In this document: piece by piece, positions 1 to 13,101 of the stretch
How the letters are laid out: each line of letters opens with the position of its first letter
How positions within the stretch are numbered: the stretch's first letter is position 1
Origin: Lama guanicoe
Taxonomy: Eukaryota
Reading direction: 5' to 3'
Assembly: GCA_013239625.1 (NCBI GenBank)
Contig: MU053629.1
Span: forward strand, 1,825,567 to 1,889,566
Length of the DNA: 64,000 nucleotides
Notes under the pieces: generated by a model
Told to the model about the DNA's origin: nothing
Databases searched by the model: none
Seen by the model: the letters and a program-made list of their open reading frames with translations, nothing else
Position numbers and translations under genes: made by a program

Positions 1-327
1 AACAGTAATATAAATGTGGCCAGAGGACAGATAGAAATATTAAGTCATGGGAGCTCAGAGGGTTCTGAGATGAGGCTAAAGCAGGGGCTTTAGACTTTTA
101 TGACCAAGACTCATAGTAAGAAATACAATTTGTGTCATAATCTAAAATATATATGTACTTGTATAAAACTGAAAGTTATATTAAATGATTTGCCCTTAAT
201 ACTTTCATAACAATCAAATTTTGTACTGTTTCTCTCTTTTTTTAAATTGCTATTTGCAACCCATTGAATCACTGTCATAATTCCCCAATGAGTGACAACC
301 TGCAATTTGAAAAACACTAATGTAGAA

Positions 328-609
328 CAGGGTTTCTTAATCTTGGCACTGTTAACACTTCGGGCCCAATAATTTTTTGTTGAGAGGGCCCGCCCTGTTG
401 TCAACAGGGGTTGATTTGAACCCCACCCCCACCCCCAAAGCCTTCTGGCCGTGGTTACAGACATTGTTGGCTGTCACACCTGGGAGTGCTGCTGGTATCT
501 ACTCCGTAGAGGCCATGGGTGCGCCAAACACCCTACCGTATGCAGCACAGACCTTCACCAAAAATAATCCAGCCCAGAATGTCAGTAGTTCCCTCATTGT
601 TAAGCTCTG
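328..609. mobile_element. MER20-like hAT fossil: a partial minus-orientation copy joined to a near-full plus-orientation copy
   Basis: CAGGGTTTCTTAATCTTGGCACTGTTAACA at 328 resembles one MER20 terminus; ~400-609 follows the body in the opposite sense (ACAGACATTGTTGGCTGTCACA...CCAGCCCAGAATGTCAGTAGT). Confidence 0.65.
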
Positions 610-639
610 GTCTACAGTGATCTTGTAAGACTTTTTGGA

Positions 640-1480
640 AGAAGCAAGATTAATGTAGGAAAAAAAGCAGAAAGGATACTAATGGTTGGTGTATTTGATA
701 GACAGTCAATAAACTTAGCGGGCTGAAGCAGGCACTTCTTAGAGATGCCAGGAAGATAAGGCTGGAAATGTTTAGGAGGATTTTAGACATCAATAATTAT
801 TAGAATTTGAATTTTCATCCTACTGCCAATTAAAAGCCATTGGCAGTTTGGAGTAAGGAAAGTGCTATGGGCAAAGTGATGAAAGACTGACCTGGTGGAA
901 TTATTATATAAAAAACGGATTACAGTGGACAAAGACTAGAGATGTTAGAATGCAGTCACAAATTAGTTCAAGAATGCAAAGACCAAAGGTGAAATAGTGG
1001 AAATAGGAAGGGAAAGGTGAAAACGTTTCAAAAGTGAAATCAACAAAATCTCGTGTTGGCAATTGGATATAATGGGTGTCCAAAAATGAGGACTGAAGAC
1101 AGAGTCAACGGATTCAAGTCCAAGGATTGAGAAGAAAATGGTACCATTTTGGAAACTACATTCTACAGAAGAAACCAGCTTTGAGTTGGTGGGTAGGGGG
1201 AGTGAATTCAGGTTTTAGATATTTAAGATTTTAAATGCAAAGGGAAATGCCCGGAAAGTGATTTGAACTGTAGCACTCTGCCTGGGGAAGGGGGAAGAAT
1301 TGGAGGTTGGGAATCAGCTTCCTGGGGGTGGTAACTGAAACTGCCATGTGGATGAGACCCTCAAAGTAGAGAAAGATAAGGAAGAGCAGAGACTAGAGGG
1401 TAGGCTCTTGGGAGGACTCTCACATTACACATCTGGTTGGAAAATTAAAAGACATGAAAGGGAAGAAGAGGTTAGAAGAA
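640..1480. mobile_element. Degraded L2-like LINE fragment
   Basis: Purine-rich L2-type phrases such as GTGAATTCAGGTTTTAGATATTT and GAAACTGCCATGTGGATGAGACC; boundaries approximate. Confidence 0.45.
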
Positions 1481-2610
1481 GAAATACTAAGATTTCACAG
1501 GTTTTCCACTTCCTTCTTCTCTGAAACTTCAGTGCCCACTGTTCATTCTGGTAATGCTTATATTTTGAATAGTTTCTGTAGGAGAAATGCAGATAATGAA
1601 TTATCTGGTTATATGGCAGATTGAAAAGGAGGTTTTTCCATCTTTGGGGATGTAACATTTATATGATCTGCCCTTTAAGAAGACCTGAAATCTTTAGCAT
1701 GACTGAGTTACCCCTGTGGCTGGGTTTTATGTACATGAACATATAGAAGATCTTTATTAGGGACGTATTTATTTCTAATGAAGGTTCTGATTTACTTCAT
1801 TCCCTAAGTGTTTTCCTAAGCAGCATTTTTGGTTGTCATAACGTATACAAAGGAATGCCTACAATGAGTTTAGGACTCAAGTAGTTTCTCAGATGTTTTA
1901 AGATATTGACTATGGAAAAGTAGATGTTCTGCTATTTTCCACATGATTAGCGATGATCAGGATCTCTGATAGAGTCCAATGGCTTTTCCATTACTCTTAT
2001 CAAGAATACAGAGAAAAAAAGCATTTTTAATGTAAGTTTGGCATATTTGTCACATGACCTTCAATAAAAATTGCACAGCTCTTCTGAAGGCTTTTAGAAG
2101 TACTGTAGTAAGCCAGTGGTGTTAAATGTTTAAATTCCTGTTTCATTTCCAGTCACATTTATTGGATTGGATAACTTAATTATTTATGTGGGGCCTTCAT
2201 GAAGTTAATATCTTAAACACACTTTAGCAAGTTGCTTGCTTCAAAGAATCCTACTATCCTAATATGTTCATATGCATACTTTTTGTGTGTTTTGTACTCG
2301 TACACGAGTCAGATTATATTACCACCTCTCTTCCTGAGAGGGAAAAGAATCCTGTTAGAATTCTAACAGTCTCATAACCCTGTTATAGACATGATTCACT
2401 TTTAATGATTGTAGCTTTGATCTAGGACTAATTTATGCTTTATATATAGACCCCTCTCTCTGGTTTAATTTTAGCTACAAATGAAAGTATAGAAAAGAAA
2501 AAGAAATAGCTTTCTTTATGAGTTCTCTAAGGCTAAAACTGAATACCTACTTATCAGGCAAATGGATATTTATATTTTTCTTTATTAAAAAGAAAAAAAT
2601 CTGTGCTGTT

Positions 2611-2713
2611 AATTTTATTTTTTTAACAGAGATACATAATGGGGATTGAACCCAGGACCTTGTGAGTGCTAGTAAGCATGTGCTCTCCCACTGAGCTATA
2701 TTCCCACCCCCGT
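2611..2713 (-). mobile_element. tRNA-derived SINE (vic-1-like) with 14-bp target-site duplication
   Basis: GGGGATTGAACCCAGGACCT...CACTGAGCTATA; AAATCTGTGCTGTT at 2597-2610 and 2714-2727. Confidence 0.85.
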
Positions 2714-3630
2714 AAATCTGTGCTGTTTGGGTTTTGAACTTCTAGCTTCATTGCTTCAAGTTGAAAGTGCATACTTATTGTTTGCCTAAAAGTTTTTAAT
2801 GGCTAAAAATGGCACATAATGCTCTTTTAAAGTCCCCTCTCTAGAACATTTAGAGAATGAGTTGTTCTGTTCAACTGAGATTTTCCGTGATAGACAAAGG
2901 CAGCTCTTAAGCACATTTTTTTTAACTATTTTGATTAGAAAGATTTTCAAATATTACATGTCTTTTTATCCCCCTTGGACAGCATATATTAAACATAACA
3001 ATCTTTTTGCAAGATGATCTTAAACTATAATTGTGAACAATTCCTAAACTGCTGTAAAACAGCAGTGTCATCCTCAGATGTGGCAAACTGCCTTTTCCCA
3101 AGTGTTCCTTTGTATCTTAGGTCCATCTTTTCTAGCTTACAGTTTTTGACTCTTCTTTTAGGATCTTTTTTGCTGTCAGTATACCTGCCTCTGCTGTCAT
3201 ATTAGCTTGTAAAACAGATAACCAAACTTATTCTTCTTTTGTAATCGTAACAAGAGGAAACAGAGTTTATCGTAGAAGATTTTCAAGGCATACTCCTCAG
3301 AGTAAAATAAATTGTCACTCATATTTGACTGTGGAGTCTTTTTGTTTGATGCCTAGTTCTTGCCTAAATTCTGGGTAGGAGAGAGGAGCCAAGTACTTTT
3401 GTATTTGGAAATGAAAGAGATTGCTCTACTAAGCTTGTGCTGAAAGAACACTTCCCTTACCATTCTCCCCTTTTATCCATGTAAAAATTGATTGACTTGT
3501 TCTCTTAGTCTGAGAACCTCTGAGCATTGAGAGTGGTTGCTGTTGTTCTTGTCTCTTAATCTATAGAACTGAAATGTAGCCATCAAAGACCCATTTATGA
3601 CCTTCATTATAAAATATCAACTATTTTTAG

Positions 3631-3758
3631 ATGCCACAGTGGAGCTATCCCTGGACAGCACACAGAATAATCAGAAGAGAGTGCCCACCAAAACGCTCAT
3701 TTCTCTTCCTCCTCAGGAAGCCACAAATTCTTCTAAGCCCCAGCCAAGCTATGAGGAG
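3631..3758 (+). CDS. SNX1: Sorting nexin-1, coding exon 3 (128 nt; exons 1-2 lie upstream of the window)
   Basis: ttttag|ATGCCACAGTG...TATGAGGAG|gtgaga; translates (D)[42 protein letters not shown]. Confidence 0.93.
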
Positions 3759-4290
3759 GTGAGAATCTGTGCTATTGGTCTTGTTTCTTCTGGATGTTTA
3801 GGACTGTGCTTCCTGAAGTTCACTTGAATTTCAACCTTGAGAAAATACTTATGACTCTTGAAGAAGACGTTTTTGGTTAATGAACAGCCAGAATCCAATA
3901 AAGAACAGTTTCCTAGGTGGAGTATCTATTACCCAGAGGTTAGCACAGAGGCTTTCAACGTCACTAATGATACTTAGTGTCTGACGCTCCCATATTCAAG
4001 AGTATAGTCTCTCCTTAGCCTGACAGAGGCAAGTCTTCCAAAACCTAGTCATTATTTATTATGATCATAGTAAGGTTTTAAGAGAATAGAAGTAACAAAG
4101 TCCTTTGAGCAGGCTCCAACTTGAAATTGTGGAAGTTGCTTCATTGGGGCTATTGGAAATGGACAGAGCTGAACACTTATGTGTAGAAGGAAAAATCTTG
4201 ATGTTATTATATTGGTATAATGTTAATACAGGGTAAAATTAATAGCCTTTTTGGGGGGTATCAACTCATGACTTATCTTCTCTTCAAAAG

Positions 4291-4357
4291 TTAGAGGAAG
4301 AAGAACAGGAAGACCAGTTTGATTTGACAGTCGGTATAACTGATCCTGAGAAGATAG
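4291..4357 (+). CDS. SNX1: SNX1 exon 4 (67 nt)
   Basis: aaag|TTAGAGGAAGAA...AAGATAG|gtgagt; [22 protein letters not shown](G), start of the PX domain. Confidence 0.95.
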
Positions 4358-4414
4358 GTGAGTATACTTGGGGCTTGTGATAATTAGGCTGTGGCAAGTT
4401 AGCATAGTTAGCTA

Positions 4415-4550
4415 ATTTTTTTTTTTTGAGAGAGAGAGGAGGTAATTAGTTGTACGTATGTATGTACATATTTATTTATTTAATGGAAGTACTGGGGATT
4501 GAACCCAGGACCTTGTGCATGCCAGGCATGTGCTCTACCTTCCCCACCAC
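4415..4550 (-). mobile_element. tRNA-derived SINE (same family)
   Basis: Poly-T tail, then GTACTGGGGATTGAACCCAGGACCTTGTGCATGCCAGGCATGTGCTCTACC. Confidence 0.85.
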
Positions 4551-5638
4551 GCTTAGTTAATTTCTAAATGATTACCTTCGAGCTGAGCTAGCTACTTCAT
4601 CACTGTCTTCCCTGTGAAACTCTTGCCCCTTGCAATGGTTGCAAGGCCAGAAACAGCAGTTATCAGTACTTACTTTGGCTTTCCTGGCTTTAGGAAGAAA
4701 AATCAGAAAATCAAATACTGTTAGTATCCCTTTTTAAAAACCCAAACATTGCCTTTTCCCACAGAGTTGTTGAGGCCGTTTTATCCCCTTCTGAGATCAT
4801 AAATTCCATTTAAGCACCCTGAAAATACATGTTCTAAAATTTGGAAAAACTGGATTTATTTTTCACTCAAGAAGTTTGGATTTCTTGTTACATATCATTT
4901 ATCATGTACCCTTGATACTCAGTATAATAATCTAATAAAGTGGGGAAGTCTACACCTCTCTTTCATTATTAAAGATTAAAGGACCCGAGTTGAATTTTGG
5001 TCAAATTGAAATTAGATTTTCAAAAAGCACAATACTTAAGCTTGGCCAGAACATGGGTTTTCAGGACAACCTTCCTGTGACCCAAGCTTGTGAGATTTTA
5101 GTGAGTGGAGAGCAACAGGCCTGGACTTCCCTTTCCAGGTGTAGTCCCTGGCAGAAGAGGCTGCACAAAGCTTTTTCCTCCTATTAAATAGAGGTAACGT
5201 TTGTATGGTTAAGAGGGAAAATGTGATTTCCACCCCTTTGTCTATTCTAAACTAGGAACAGGAATTTACAAAATCTAATTAGACTTTATGCCAAAATGGT
5301 TTGTCTTTTAACTATTGAGTTTTGCTCGGTTGTGCACTGGTGAGATGTCTATGAGCATCTTTATACAGCTCCGTTATCCAACAGATTGAGAACTAGTAAA
5401 TGAAATGTCACTTCCCTGTCAGGTCACACTGTACAGTCCTTGGTAGAGCCTGGATCAGAACTTCGGATTGCATGTTTAGGATTCTCTCTTGCTTCTCTAA
5501 TATGTATGAATATTCTGTAAGCACATTAATTTTAGGCTAGTTATTAGCTGTTTTAAATCCTTGGTAGAATAAAATAAATTAAAAGTAAATAATGCTAATT
5601 GTTTTAACATTTGAAAGTCATGATGTTTGTACCAGGAG

Positions 5639-6110
5639 TGTGTTAGTTTCCTAGGACTTCTGTAGCAAGGTACCACAAACAAGGTGGCTTAAAACAACAG
5701 ACATTTATTCTCTCAGAGTTCTGGAGACCAGAAGTCTGAAATCATGGTGTTGACAAGACCATGCTCCCGCTGAAGGCACTAGGGTAGGACTGGTTCATGC
5801 CTCTCCTCGAGTTTCTGGAGCCTCAGGCATCCTGCAGCTTATAGTTGCATCACTCCAGTCTCCGCCTCCATTGCCACATGGCATTTCCCCTGGGTGTTTT
5901 CACATCATCTTGCCTTTATATAAGTCTGTCTGTCTCTGTGTCCAAAGTTCCCTTTTTCAAGTGGACACTAGTCATATTGAATTACTTTCATCATTTTCAC
6001 TTGATTATTTCTATAGAAGACCTTGATTTCAAGTAAAGTCACATTCTGAGGTACCAGTGGTTAGGACTTTCAACATACCTTTTTTAGGGGAACAGAGTTC
6101 AACCCATAAT
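5639..6110 (-). mobile_element. MLT1 (ERVL-MaLR) solo LTR
   Basis: TGTGTTAGTTTCCTAGG...GGTGGCTTAAAACAACAGACATTTATTCTCTCAGAGTTCTGGAGACCAGAAGTCTGAAATCA...TTCAACCCATAA. Confidence 0.8.
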
Positions 6111-7929
6111 GGTAATTTAAATATCCCATGGATCAGATTTATTTAAACAGAAATCCCTTTTGGTGTTAAACCTTCATCCCCCTTGCACCATAGTCTGTAT
6201 TCCTTCTCATGTTGATGCCAAGAAAACAGCTACTGAAAGCATTTGTATATTCAAGGCCTGACCTTTATGACAGCAACTTCTGTTTGTGTGGGCTGTTTAT
6301 TCAACATGTGCTTCTCATTCCCACACACATCCAGATAAGTTGGAATCCTGCTTCTACCAGATACTACTTTTTAGAGCCTTGGCAATTTGCATGTGTCATT
6401 TTCAACTTTCTGAAATTAACGTAAATTTAAAACTGCTGCATTTCTAGCCCATTGGCATATCTTATGAACTCTGGACATGCAGGTATGTCTCTTTTCTCAC
6501 ATACTGCCTCAATAAAAGCAGCTGATAAGCAGATAAAGTGTCTGAAGAGCCTGCTTTACTACTATGTCTTACTTATGTTTGCACTTAGTCTTCCCTTAAT
6601 TGCAGGCACTAAATTATGGGATTGGTGTTTTGGACATTTGACCACAACTATCCAACTGTGAATGAAACTTCAAATACTTTTTCTATAAAATAAATTTAGA
6701 TTTTTTTTTCCTTTTTATCAGTGGTAAGCATCCCTAGTAGTATTAGGTAGTGAAGGTAGTCTGAGTCGTTTAGAAGAGAACTGATGGTGGTAATCAATAG
6801 AAAGGTATTTCTGAAGCTCCACGTGTGACTCCTGTTTTATACAGTGCTCTCTTGGTAGGGCTTGGAGAAGTATAGAGAGCAGGCCCTCTCTTCCTGTATG
6901 GTCTCCAGCTTCTCTGTGTTCTTCATAACAGCAGTTATTCCCAGCCATCTCAGTGAGACCAGGTTGTAGGATGTGACCCTGCGGATCTGGAACTGTACCT
7001 TCTTCCCCTGGGCCTTCACCCCAGGACCATTAGGGACGCAGGCACCTAGTAACTGTTGACCTAGGTTTTCCTGTTTGGTGTGGGGAAGAATTGGGGTGAG
7101 GAGGAGGGAAACGGAACCAGCCCAAAGCACCAGAGCCCAGCACTGGAGCAATGTCTATCTCAAGTCCAATGTGTGTCTTTTCACTGCTTAGGGAGTCAGT
7201 GGTGCCTTTATGTCCCTAAGTGGTCGAGGTCAGGACACTACCACAGGGAAGAACAATTGCCTGAATCCCAAATTATTTAGCAGTCAAAGGCTTTTTCAGA
7301 AAAATAATTCCTCCAGGAAAGAGAGATTTGTGTGACATCAGGCAGCCAAAGTGTTTTCCTGCCAGGCCCTTTGCTCGGGGTGAACATGCTAGCTGATAGG
7401 GGTCAGTGTCCCCCGGCACCAATTGGGGGTGGGGTGGGGCTGGGACAGTATTTCTAAAAGAGCAAACCAAGCCCAGAGCTAGCTTAGGGTAGAACTACTT
7501 GTTTCCTTTTACATCATTTGCTTCCTTCTCCACCTCCTGCTTTATATAGCAAGCGAATTGTTTGGATTTTGACAGATGTGTGTAACCAGCCCAAATATTG
7601 GCATGTTAACAACTGATGGATTGTCAGTATCCAGTGCTGCTTTGTGGAGGGTATGAAAGGAGCCTGGCTTTGGAACAGGGGCTGATCTCTCATCTAACTC
7701 AAGCTGGGGCCCAGCCAGCATCCTCAGGGGCATGATATGTGCCACAGAGGCCCTGAGGCAAAGTAGGAACTGGATTACAGGATAAAATAAAAAGCTTGGA
7801 GATGAAACAAGTATCCCTTCTTATACAGGGCTCCTGTGGCTGGCTTATGATTCCTGGTTAAATATTAGCAAGATTAGTCCTGCTTTGGTTTACACAATAA
7901 TCCTCTCCTGCTTTCTTGTTCTCCCATAG

Positions 7930-7973
7930 GGGATGGCATGAATGCCTATGTGGCCTACAAGGTTACAACACAG
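7930..7973 (+). CDS. SNX1: SNX1 exon 5 (44 nt)
   Basis: cccatag|GGGATGGCATG...ACACAG|gtgagt; (G)DGMNAYVAYKVTTQ, phase matches both neighbours. Confidence 0.95.
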
Positions 7974-8389
7974 GTGAGTCCAGGTGACCCTGCTGATGAC
8001 CACCTTCATAGACTGGGGTGCTCATACCAGGAAGGTCATCATTCAGATCATTTCTGGGTATTTCTTTAGTTTCTTTGCCAACATCTTCCTTCAAGTTTAC
8101 TCAAGATGGAACAAGTCTGCATCCCTCTGGTAATCTCATCTGAGCCTTTCCACTTTTCTTCCAGAGAGCTAACACTTCAGTGTGAAACTCTGTAAGTTTT
8201 ATTAAGACATGTGGTGTATCTGATATAATCCCATCCCTCTTAGGAGCTGTGTGGCTTACAGCTGGTTTGGTGGATTGCCCCAAACTGTACCACCTGTTTA
8301 AAAATCATCAGATCTCCTGAGGTTTCCCGTGTGGAGCTTCTTTTAATGCTTTCCCCTAACCTTTTGCTCCTCAGGTCTGGTCTTCCTTT

Positions 8390-9070
8390 TTTATATAGTA
8401 TTAGTGCATGCAAAACTTACGCAATGTTGTATGCAGGTTATGAAGCATAAAAAATGAAGCCCTGAACCTACCACCAGTCTTAAGATGAGTACCATTGAAT
8501 CCACCTGCGTGTCTCTCCCTGTCCTGTCCCCTACCTTATGCCTTAGAGGCAGCCACTTTTCTGAGTTGTCTCTCATTTCCTTTATAAAAAGCCTTCACAA
8601 AAGTATCTCTCAACAATATACTGTTGGGCTTTTTCTTTAGTTTCATAAAGATGGTATCATGCTGAAAATTGCTTTCTTTACTAGCATTGTTCCTCAGACC
8701 CATCCATGTCGTGTGTAGCTGTAGCTAGTCCATTGTGTGATTATGGCATAATTATCTATTTTCCTGTTGTGACTGTTTGGCGTGTTTCCAGTTTTTGTAG
8801 TTAAGCGCTATGAACAATCTTGTACATGTGTCTTGATGTACACGTAGAATCTAGGGCTTCTCTTGCGTGTGTAACCAGGAGTAGTTCCCCTGGGTCATAG
8901 GTAGTGCAGATGTTGAAGAAAATGAATACAAACTGTTTTTTAAAGTCTTTGCACCAATATATACTTCCACTGGCAGTATGTAAAAGTTCCCGTTGATATA
9001 CTTCCTTGCCAGCAATTGGCAAGGCCAACCTCGTTAAATTTTGTCTGTTGATTATTAAATGATCTCTCAA
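8390..9070 (-). mobile_element. Old L1 (L1ME-like) 3' fragment
   Basis: Antisense L1 3' phrases (CCCATCCATGTCGTGTGTAGC, GGGTCATAGGTA, TTGCACCAATATATACTTCCACTGGCAGTATG). Confidence 0.55.
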
Positions 9071-9656
9071 TATGATGTAGGCTTAGTCTTTTTTTTGCTA
9101 GAAGTTTCCTTTATATTATCTCTCTCACTACTTGTTGGCCTGCCTTCTGTCTTCTAGGTGGCGTGACATGTTGAAGTGTCTGCAGTGTAGACATTTCATC
9201 TGATTGATCCTCTCCCTTAGGAGCACTGTTTACTCTTTAATTCCAGCAGCTAATACCCTTAAAAGTCAGTGCAGAGGTGAATGGGTTATAGATGACCATA
9301 GAATTCTAGTTTTAAACTAGACTTCAACATCTCTTTCCTTGGAGCAAGGGTTCTTAACCTGCAAATGAAACCAAATTTGAATTTAATTAGTTGCATTTGT
9401 AACCCTACAGTTGTTATTTTATGCATTTAAAATCATTGCTCTGATAAGGGCTCCACAGACTCCCAGAGACCCAGAGGGGGAGTATAGCTCAAAAAAAAAG
9501 TTTAAGAATCTCAGTCTTGGAGAAAGGTAATTACCAGGTGGCTAAAGGACAGAGATCTGGGCAAAAGATTCCCCTGATGTCAGCTGGATGACTTTCAAGA
9601 TACTCATTCATCCCCTGTTTGAAATGAAATCACCTTGTGTTTTTTCTTTCCCCAAG

Positions 9657-9798
9657 ACGAGCTTACCCATGTTCAGAAGTAAACAGTTTGCAGTAAAAAG
9701 AAGATTTAGTGACTTTCTGGGTCTTTATGAGAAGCTTTCAGAGAAACACTCTCAGAATGGCTTTATTGTCCCTCCTCCACCTGAGAAGAGCCTAATAG
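9657..9798 (+). CDS. SNX1: SNX1 exon 6 (142 nt), PX core
   Basis: cccaag|ACGAGC...CTAATAG|gtaagc; [47 protein letters not shown](G) with the PX RRFSDF and PPPPEK motifs. Confidence 0.97.
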
Positions 9799-10384
9799 GT
9801 AAGCCTGTGGTCTTTAATGCTGCTTGGATTTTTTTCTTTGCAGTCTTTCTGCAGTTTGCTTTCTACTTAGTATATGGGACTACCCCTAATAACAGTATAG
9901 AATCCTGCGGTTAGAGAAGTATTTCCAGCATTTTCCAATAAATCACATGAGATCTAGAGAAATAGCATGTTTTGACAGTGTGTGTGTGTGTCCAGGATTC
10001 TTAAATGGTTACTGTTGTCTCCTTGAAATGCATTGAATGAGGGAAAGAGGGTGGGGCAAGGAAGCTTCCCATTACCATCAGCTCACATCTGTTAATCTAT
10101 ACTCAGAGTCCCGTGGCCTCCTTTTAGAAAACATATGCTTTGGAAGTCCCAGAATTTAGAGCCTTCAGCACTTTGAGACTAGTTTTTAAAAATGGCTCTC
10201 TGTAAAGAACCTTTTGTTCCTGCCTGCTCATGACATAGGAGTGCCCTCTGGTTGTGTCTTGTAGTGCTGTCCTTACTGCCTTTGCTCCTGTGGGCTTTTA
10301 TACAGGTTTATCCTTTTGCTGATGATTTATGGGGGGGGGTGTTTGTTTGTTTGTTTGTTTGTTGCTTTTTAAATTCCATTCCAG

Positions 10385-10463
10385 GAATGACAAAAGTTAA
10401 AGTTGGGAAGGAAGATTCTTCTTCTGCAGAATTTCTTGAAAAACGGAGGGCTGCTCTAGAAAG
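10385..10463 (+). CDS. SNX1: SNX1 exon 7 (79 nt)
   Basis: ttccag|GAATGACA...GAAAG|gtaagt; [25 protein letters not shown](R). Confidence 0.96.
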
Positions 10464-10932
10464 GTAAGTACCAGACAGCTGTTCTCTTGAATGCCACAGG
10501 AACAAGTGAGAAGCTGAAACTAAGACTTAGTTATCATGAGACTTTAGCTGGAGTTAGTAGTGGGGAAACTTGAGTGAATTACAGATTCCCACCTCCGTGT
10601 TGTGTCTAACCTTTCCTAAGTCTCTTACCTTCCCACTTTAGGAATAGAACGTCTGCTTTTTTTTCCCGTCCTGAGTGGGCACACAGTCGTACTCTCCTTC
10701 GTCGACAATCAAATGTCGACAATCAAATGTCTGAGGTCTCTTTCTGAGCACTTATTCTTCCCTTTTTGGAAATGTGAAGAACATGAACTTGAATGTGCTT
10801 ACAGTCATACTTGAGTACCTTATCTGAGGACATTTTAAAGCAATGAAAGACATTGTAACCCTGCCAGCACTGCATGATGCTTGAAACCTTGTGAGGCCAG
10901 GTCCACTAACCAGTTACCTGCTTACCCTGTAG

Positions 10933-11008
10933 GTACCTTCAGAGGATTGTGAATCATCCTACCATGTTACAGGACCCTGATGTCAGGGAGTTCTTAGAAA
11001 AAGAAGAG
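10933..11008 (+). CDS. SNX1: SNX1 exon 8 (76 nt)
   Basis: ctgtag|GTACCTT...GAAGAG|gttagt; [25 protein letters not shown]. Confidence 0.96.
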
Positions 11009-11933
11009 GTTAGTATTGTACAGACTGAATTTCATAATTCTTGTCTGCCCCTGTGAAGTGAAACTAGTTCATTCAACACGTATTTGAGCACCCACATACA
11101 GGCTAATCTGAAACTGTATCCTGGCTTGTAAGCCCTCAAATGTGACAAGTACTTTTCAGCCTTTGAACTAAAAGAAGCTCTACCTGCAGTCAGAAGTACC
11201 TGGTTGTAGAGGTCAAACTACAGCCTAGTTTTGTCTTACTGAGTCAATGCAGTGACCTGTTTGGCAAGTCCTTGGCATTGTCTTTCATAGGTTACTGCTT
11301 GGCTCAGATTAAGTGCTTGTTTTGTGCCAGGAGCTGGGAGGTGTTAGTTCATAACCAGTTACCACAGACCACAGAACTGCCATGTAGCAAAGGGGTTGAT
11401 TCAAGCAGTCTTTTTAGGCAATGGTAGTCAATAAAACTGGAGATGGCCCAGTTGCTAACAATTGAAGAATTAAGTAAAATATATCAATACAACAAATGCT
11501 TAATTCTCATCATAAACAGAAAGTATACAGAAATTCACTGGAAGCATATATTAAAAGAATTCTTAAAAGTAAAACGTGCAATAGCATATAAATACAGCTG
11601 TAGAAACACGTTAATTGTTAAGGGTCAGAAGAAATTAACGCTGGAATAAAACAATGTTGTAGGAAAGGAAACTAGAAGGAAATGAGTGACAGGGTAGGGC
11701 TATTGTTTGGTATTTATTTTTTCATTTTGTTTTTATTTTTAAATTTTTCTTTACGTTGCATATCATATGTATTACTCTAATGAGGAAAATGGTGCTGAGT
11801 ATATGCGGTTCCCCCCCCCATGAAATTTTTTAATTAAAAATTCTCTAATGCTCTAAATCTTTTCATTTGTTCTCTGGGATCCCTAAATCCATTCTTCCTT
11901 TTCATGTCCTCGTCCTCACTTGGTACCCCAGAA

Positions 11934-12123
11934 CAGGGTGTGCTGACAGTGGCACTGTTGACACTTTGGGCTGGATCATTCTTTGTTGTAGGAGCTGTCC
12001 TGTGCATTGTAGGTTTAGCAGCATCCCTGACCTCTGTCCAGAAACCCCCGTCCATTTTAATAACCAGAATTATCTCCAGACATGGCCAGAGGGGACAGAA
12101 TGGCCCTGAGTTGCAAACCACTG
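11934..12123 (-). mobile_element. MER20-like hAT MITE
   Basis: CAGGGTGTGCTGACAGTGGCACTGTTGACACTTTGGGCTGGATCATTCTTTGTTGT...TTGCAAACCACTG. Confidence 0.8.
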
Positions 12124-12787
12124 CCCCAAGAGTCCTGGGCACTAAACTCTTTAACCGTTCAGTGTGGTATACTGTATACGCTATGGATTCGTCAGCATCC
12201 CTTTTGGGCCTTAGGAAAAGAATGGCAAGACCGAACCAGTCAAATTTTTCCAAGTATTTCGCATGCTTGGCTTAACTAGTAGCTAGAAAAGTAGCCTCAG
12301 TCTGAATAAATTGTGCTCCTGTCCTTGGACCTTTGTTCACTGAGGAAAGTCAGAATGGAATCACAGCATAACTTCAGAGTGTCTCAAGATTTTAAGTCCA
12401 GCTGTGTGCAGAGTATGCTAATCCAAAAGAACTTTTGACTTTTAACAGAAGCATGCTTGGTATTTAAGTGGTTCATGCCTGGGTGGGCAGATGGTTTCAA
12501 CGTGAGGTCACTTGGCCACATAACACTCACACTCCGCTCCCTTTCTGCACACAGTATCAAAAGCTGAAAATTTTTGCTGATTCTATTTAATGTGGTCCTT
12601 TGATTTTTTTTTTCCCCTCAGTACATGCTAGTTAGGGATTTGTCTAACTGCCTTTGAAAATAACAAACTACAGTTCAAATAATTTGTTTGGCAAGTTTTG
12701 GGCATGCTGTCTGATGGATACTAATTCTTCTGAACCTAAAATAGGGGCAGCAGATAACTTGCCACCCCCGCCTTCTTGGTCTTGTAG

Positions 12788-12901
12788 CTGCCACGCGCTG
12801 TGGGTACCCAGACTTTGAGTGGCGCTGGTCTCCTCAAGATGTTCAACAAAGCCACAGATGCCGTCAGCAAAATGACCATCAAGATGAATGAATCCGACAT
12901 T
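12788..12901 (+). CDS. SNX1: SNX1 exon 9 (114 nt)
   Basis: ttgtag|CTGCCA...GACATT|gtgagt; [38 protein letters not shown]. Confidence 0.96.
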
Positions 12902-13101
12902 GTGAGTAGCCCTGTGCCTCTCCAGCTTCCCGTACCCCGTCTTAGGGGGCAGAAGCCTTGGGGAGTCCTGAAATTTGAGACTTTCTTTTTAAGATAATTC
13001 AGTCCCTTTAAAAAAAGATAAAATAACAAACTGCTAAGGAAGGACTGTGCTCCACTCCTGCATGAGTAGCCTCCATTAAGCTCTGGGCCTGTGTGTTTCA
13101 G

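Noticed and set aside
2352..2369. Perfect 18-bp palindrome CTGTTAGAATTCTAACAG
   Set aside because: About 0.25 such palindromes are expected by chance in 64 kb (64000/4^9), more in AT-rich DNA; no supporting context.
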